This document shows positions 36,388 to 38,038 of a DNA stretch of 38,038 nucleotides, in pieces. Each line of letters opens with the position of its first letter. The stretch's first letter is position 1. The translations under genes and the position numbers were made by a program. Location: positions 1 through 38,038 of IMG/VR virus record IMGVR_UViG_3300027985_001162, one strand, 5' to 3'. The DNA is from a virus. Its lineage: Duplodnaviria > Caudoviricetes. The notes below the pieces were generated by a model. The model made no database searches and had not been told where the DNA came from. It saw nothing but the letters and a program-made list of their open reading frames with translations.

Positions 36388-36534
36388 TATAACACAATTC
36401 AATGAATATTCAAACTACTTACACCATTCGTTCTAGTCTAAAAATGGCTAAAAATGGATTGCAATCCTTATTAATCAACACTTTAAACCATTTTTGTTCG
36501 AGCAACAATATTTACATCATTCGTAGTACCCCTT
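36388..36534 (-). repeat. Right prophage end with putative transposase-binding sites
   Basis: - strand CGAATGATGTAAAT (36510-23), CGAATGGTGTAAGT (36417-30) and degenerate TGAATTGTGTTATA (36388-401). Confidence 0.7.
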
Positions 36535-37837
36535 ATATGAAATCTAATGACTGGTTTTCAAATGTTGATTTTAACCATGTAGTAGTTATAGTTTTATCAA
36601 ATTCCAATTCTTTAACTAGTCCCACTTCAGGAGTGATACTTAAAAATTGCACATCATTTTTTATTTGATTGTAACTCTGCAAAAAACTACAAGTAGGTTC
36701 CCATTTTTTGTAATATGGGATTGATTCACTTTTTACATCTGCATCTAAAAATGAGATAGTCTTAACATTATCACTAAACACATAACCTTTAGCTTGATTA
36801 TGAAAATCAACAACACTTGAGAAAGGGCCTATTGGGATTATTTTAACATCTGGAATTACACCAGTCACTTTTTTAAAATGATTTAGTTTTGTTTGTAAAT
36901 AAAACTTTGCCATCATATCTTCTACAAAAAATACTGCATCTGGAGAAATATCTTCTTGGTATGCAATCTCTCCAATTGCTCTAGCTGGAAAACAGTTTTC
37001 ATGCACTACAATGTTACCATGTACATCATACTCTAGGAAAATAATATTCTTACAATTCTTAATTAAACTAACAGAATGGGTAGAAAATATTGTTACTATA
37101 TTTTTCTCTATTGATATAGTTTTAAGAAAATTATATAAACTAATCTGAACTTTTGGATGTAATGCCAATTCGAATTCATCTATAAGTAAAAGTGAATTCG
37201 ATTGCATTGATTTCAAACCTATTAATAGATTTAGAATTAATATTTCACCAAAACTAAAATTCTTTTCTGAATAATATTGGTTCTTATTTCCGACCTTCCC
37301 TTCTTTTAAAAGATATGCAATATTATTCCGATGATTAGCAAATACTCCACGTGCTTTAGCGTCTATGCTTATTGTTCTTAACTCAGAAAACTTTTCTGTC
37401 AAGAATATTGTGTTCATTGCATCAATTAGCCACTGGTCTGCTTTTCTAATTTTATGTACATTTAATTCTTCATTATGTACATATAGCCTAGCTCCTGTTG
37501 GTGGAAAAAACATAACATTATTAAATCCAAATTCTTTCAATATTTTACTATTGCCTTTGGGTTTAGGTGTCCACCTTGTTTTTCTATAGGCATATTCAAC
37601 TTTCTTATTATTTACAGTGTAAGTTACATTACCCTTAAACTCATCAATTGTTCCATTAATTGAGGTTTTCATATTATCTCTAAAGGCATTTCCATATCCA
37701 ATTCTATGAATACAACTCAATAACGTTGACTTTCCAATTCCATTGACACCTGTAAGAAGATAAACACCTTTCTTTTTGGGGATATTAAACTCTAATCTTT
37801 TAATATTCTTTATGTTATTAATAGTAATGTCAGCCAT
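36533..37837 (-). pseudogene. 5' part of ABC-ATPase + TOPRIM (OLD-like) gene, truncated by the prophage
   Basis: Walker A GVNGIGKS, signature FSFGE, Walker B LLLIDEFELALHP, STHS; TOPRIM FFVED and FLDAD; the stop codon arises at the phage junction. Confidence 0.8.
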
Positions 37838-37889
37838 TTTATATTCTATTATGCCTTATTATTTTCTCTAATTATTCTGCGCGGTAATT

Positions 37890-38038
37890 GCCGATAACGG
37901 CTTTGTTCATGAAACGTAGGGCAAATTAATAGCACTACAGCTCCTTAGCCCAACTGAGCCAAAGGAAAAGTTTTCGAGTTTAATTATTTTAGTTAATCGA
38001 ATCATTTTGCTTTGGCGAACATGAAGATAGCACAAAAG
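37890..38038 (-). repeat. Start of a second attC-like element (runs off the window)
   Basis: GCCGATAAC at 37890-98 is the exact inverse of GTTATCGGC at 260-68. Confidence 0.55.

Larger units (their letters stand above)
602..36534. mobile_element. Mu-like transposable prophage (contractile tail), probably of Bacteroidota
   Basis: DDE transposase plus MuB ATPase, repressor, Mu-type head genes, sheath/tube/baseplate, no integrase. Inverted end motifs CGAATnnTGTAA; flanks rejoin into one gene. Exact ends uncertain by about 12 bp. Confidence 0.92.

Noticed and set aside
36402-36668. 88-aa ORF
   Set aside because: Spans the phage-host junction antisense to the ATPase gene; likely spurious.

Overview
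This window holds an apparently complete ~35.9 kb Mu-like (transposable), contractile-tailed prophage at about 602-36534. The host is probably a Bacteroidota, judging from TAnnTTTG promoters and the gene families. The prophage has inserted into a host ABC-ATPase/TOPRIM (OLD-like, candidate anti-phage) gene, whose halves lie at 36533-37837 and 278-601 and rejoin in frame. That gene is bounded by attC-like elements, as in an integron-type cassette. Prophage order: CI repressor and Ner switch, DDE transposase, MuB-like ATPase, early genes including a C5 methyltransferase, two moron genes, a leftward late operon (protease, capsid, tail, lysis, baseplate, fibres, N6A methyltransferase), a rightward head operon (terminases, portal-MuF fusion, completion genes) and a Mor/C-like regulator. 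The most notable candidate system is a portal-MuF-nuclease fusion with an A11 slippage site at the portal boundary and no protein immunity gene. It is followed by a convergent small structured RNA with its own promoter and terminator, a possible RNA antitoxin. Other points of interest: ends without TG...CA, a switch-like RNA ahead of the late methyltransferase, a tRNA-like minihelix, a dispersed TTTAAA-N5-TTTAAA motif and an in-frame TGA in a baseplate gene. All product calls come from motif recognition and synteny; no database searches were run.
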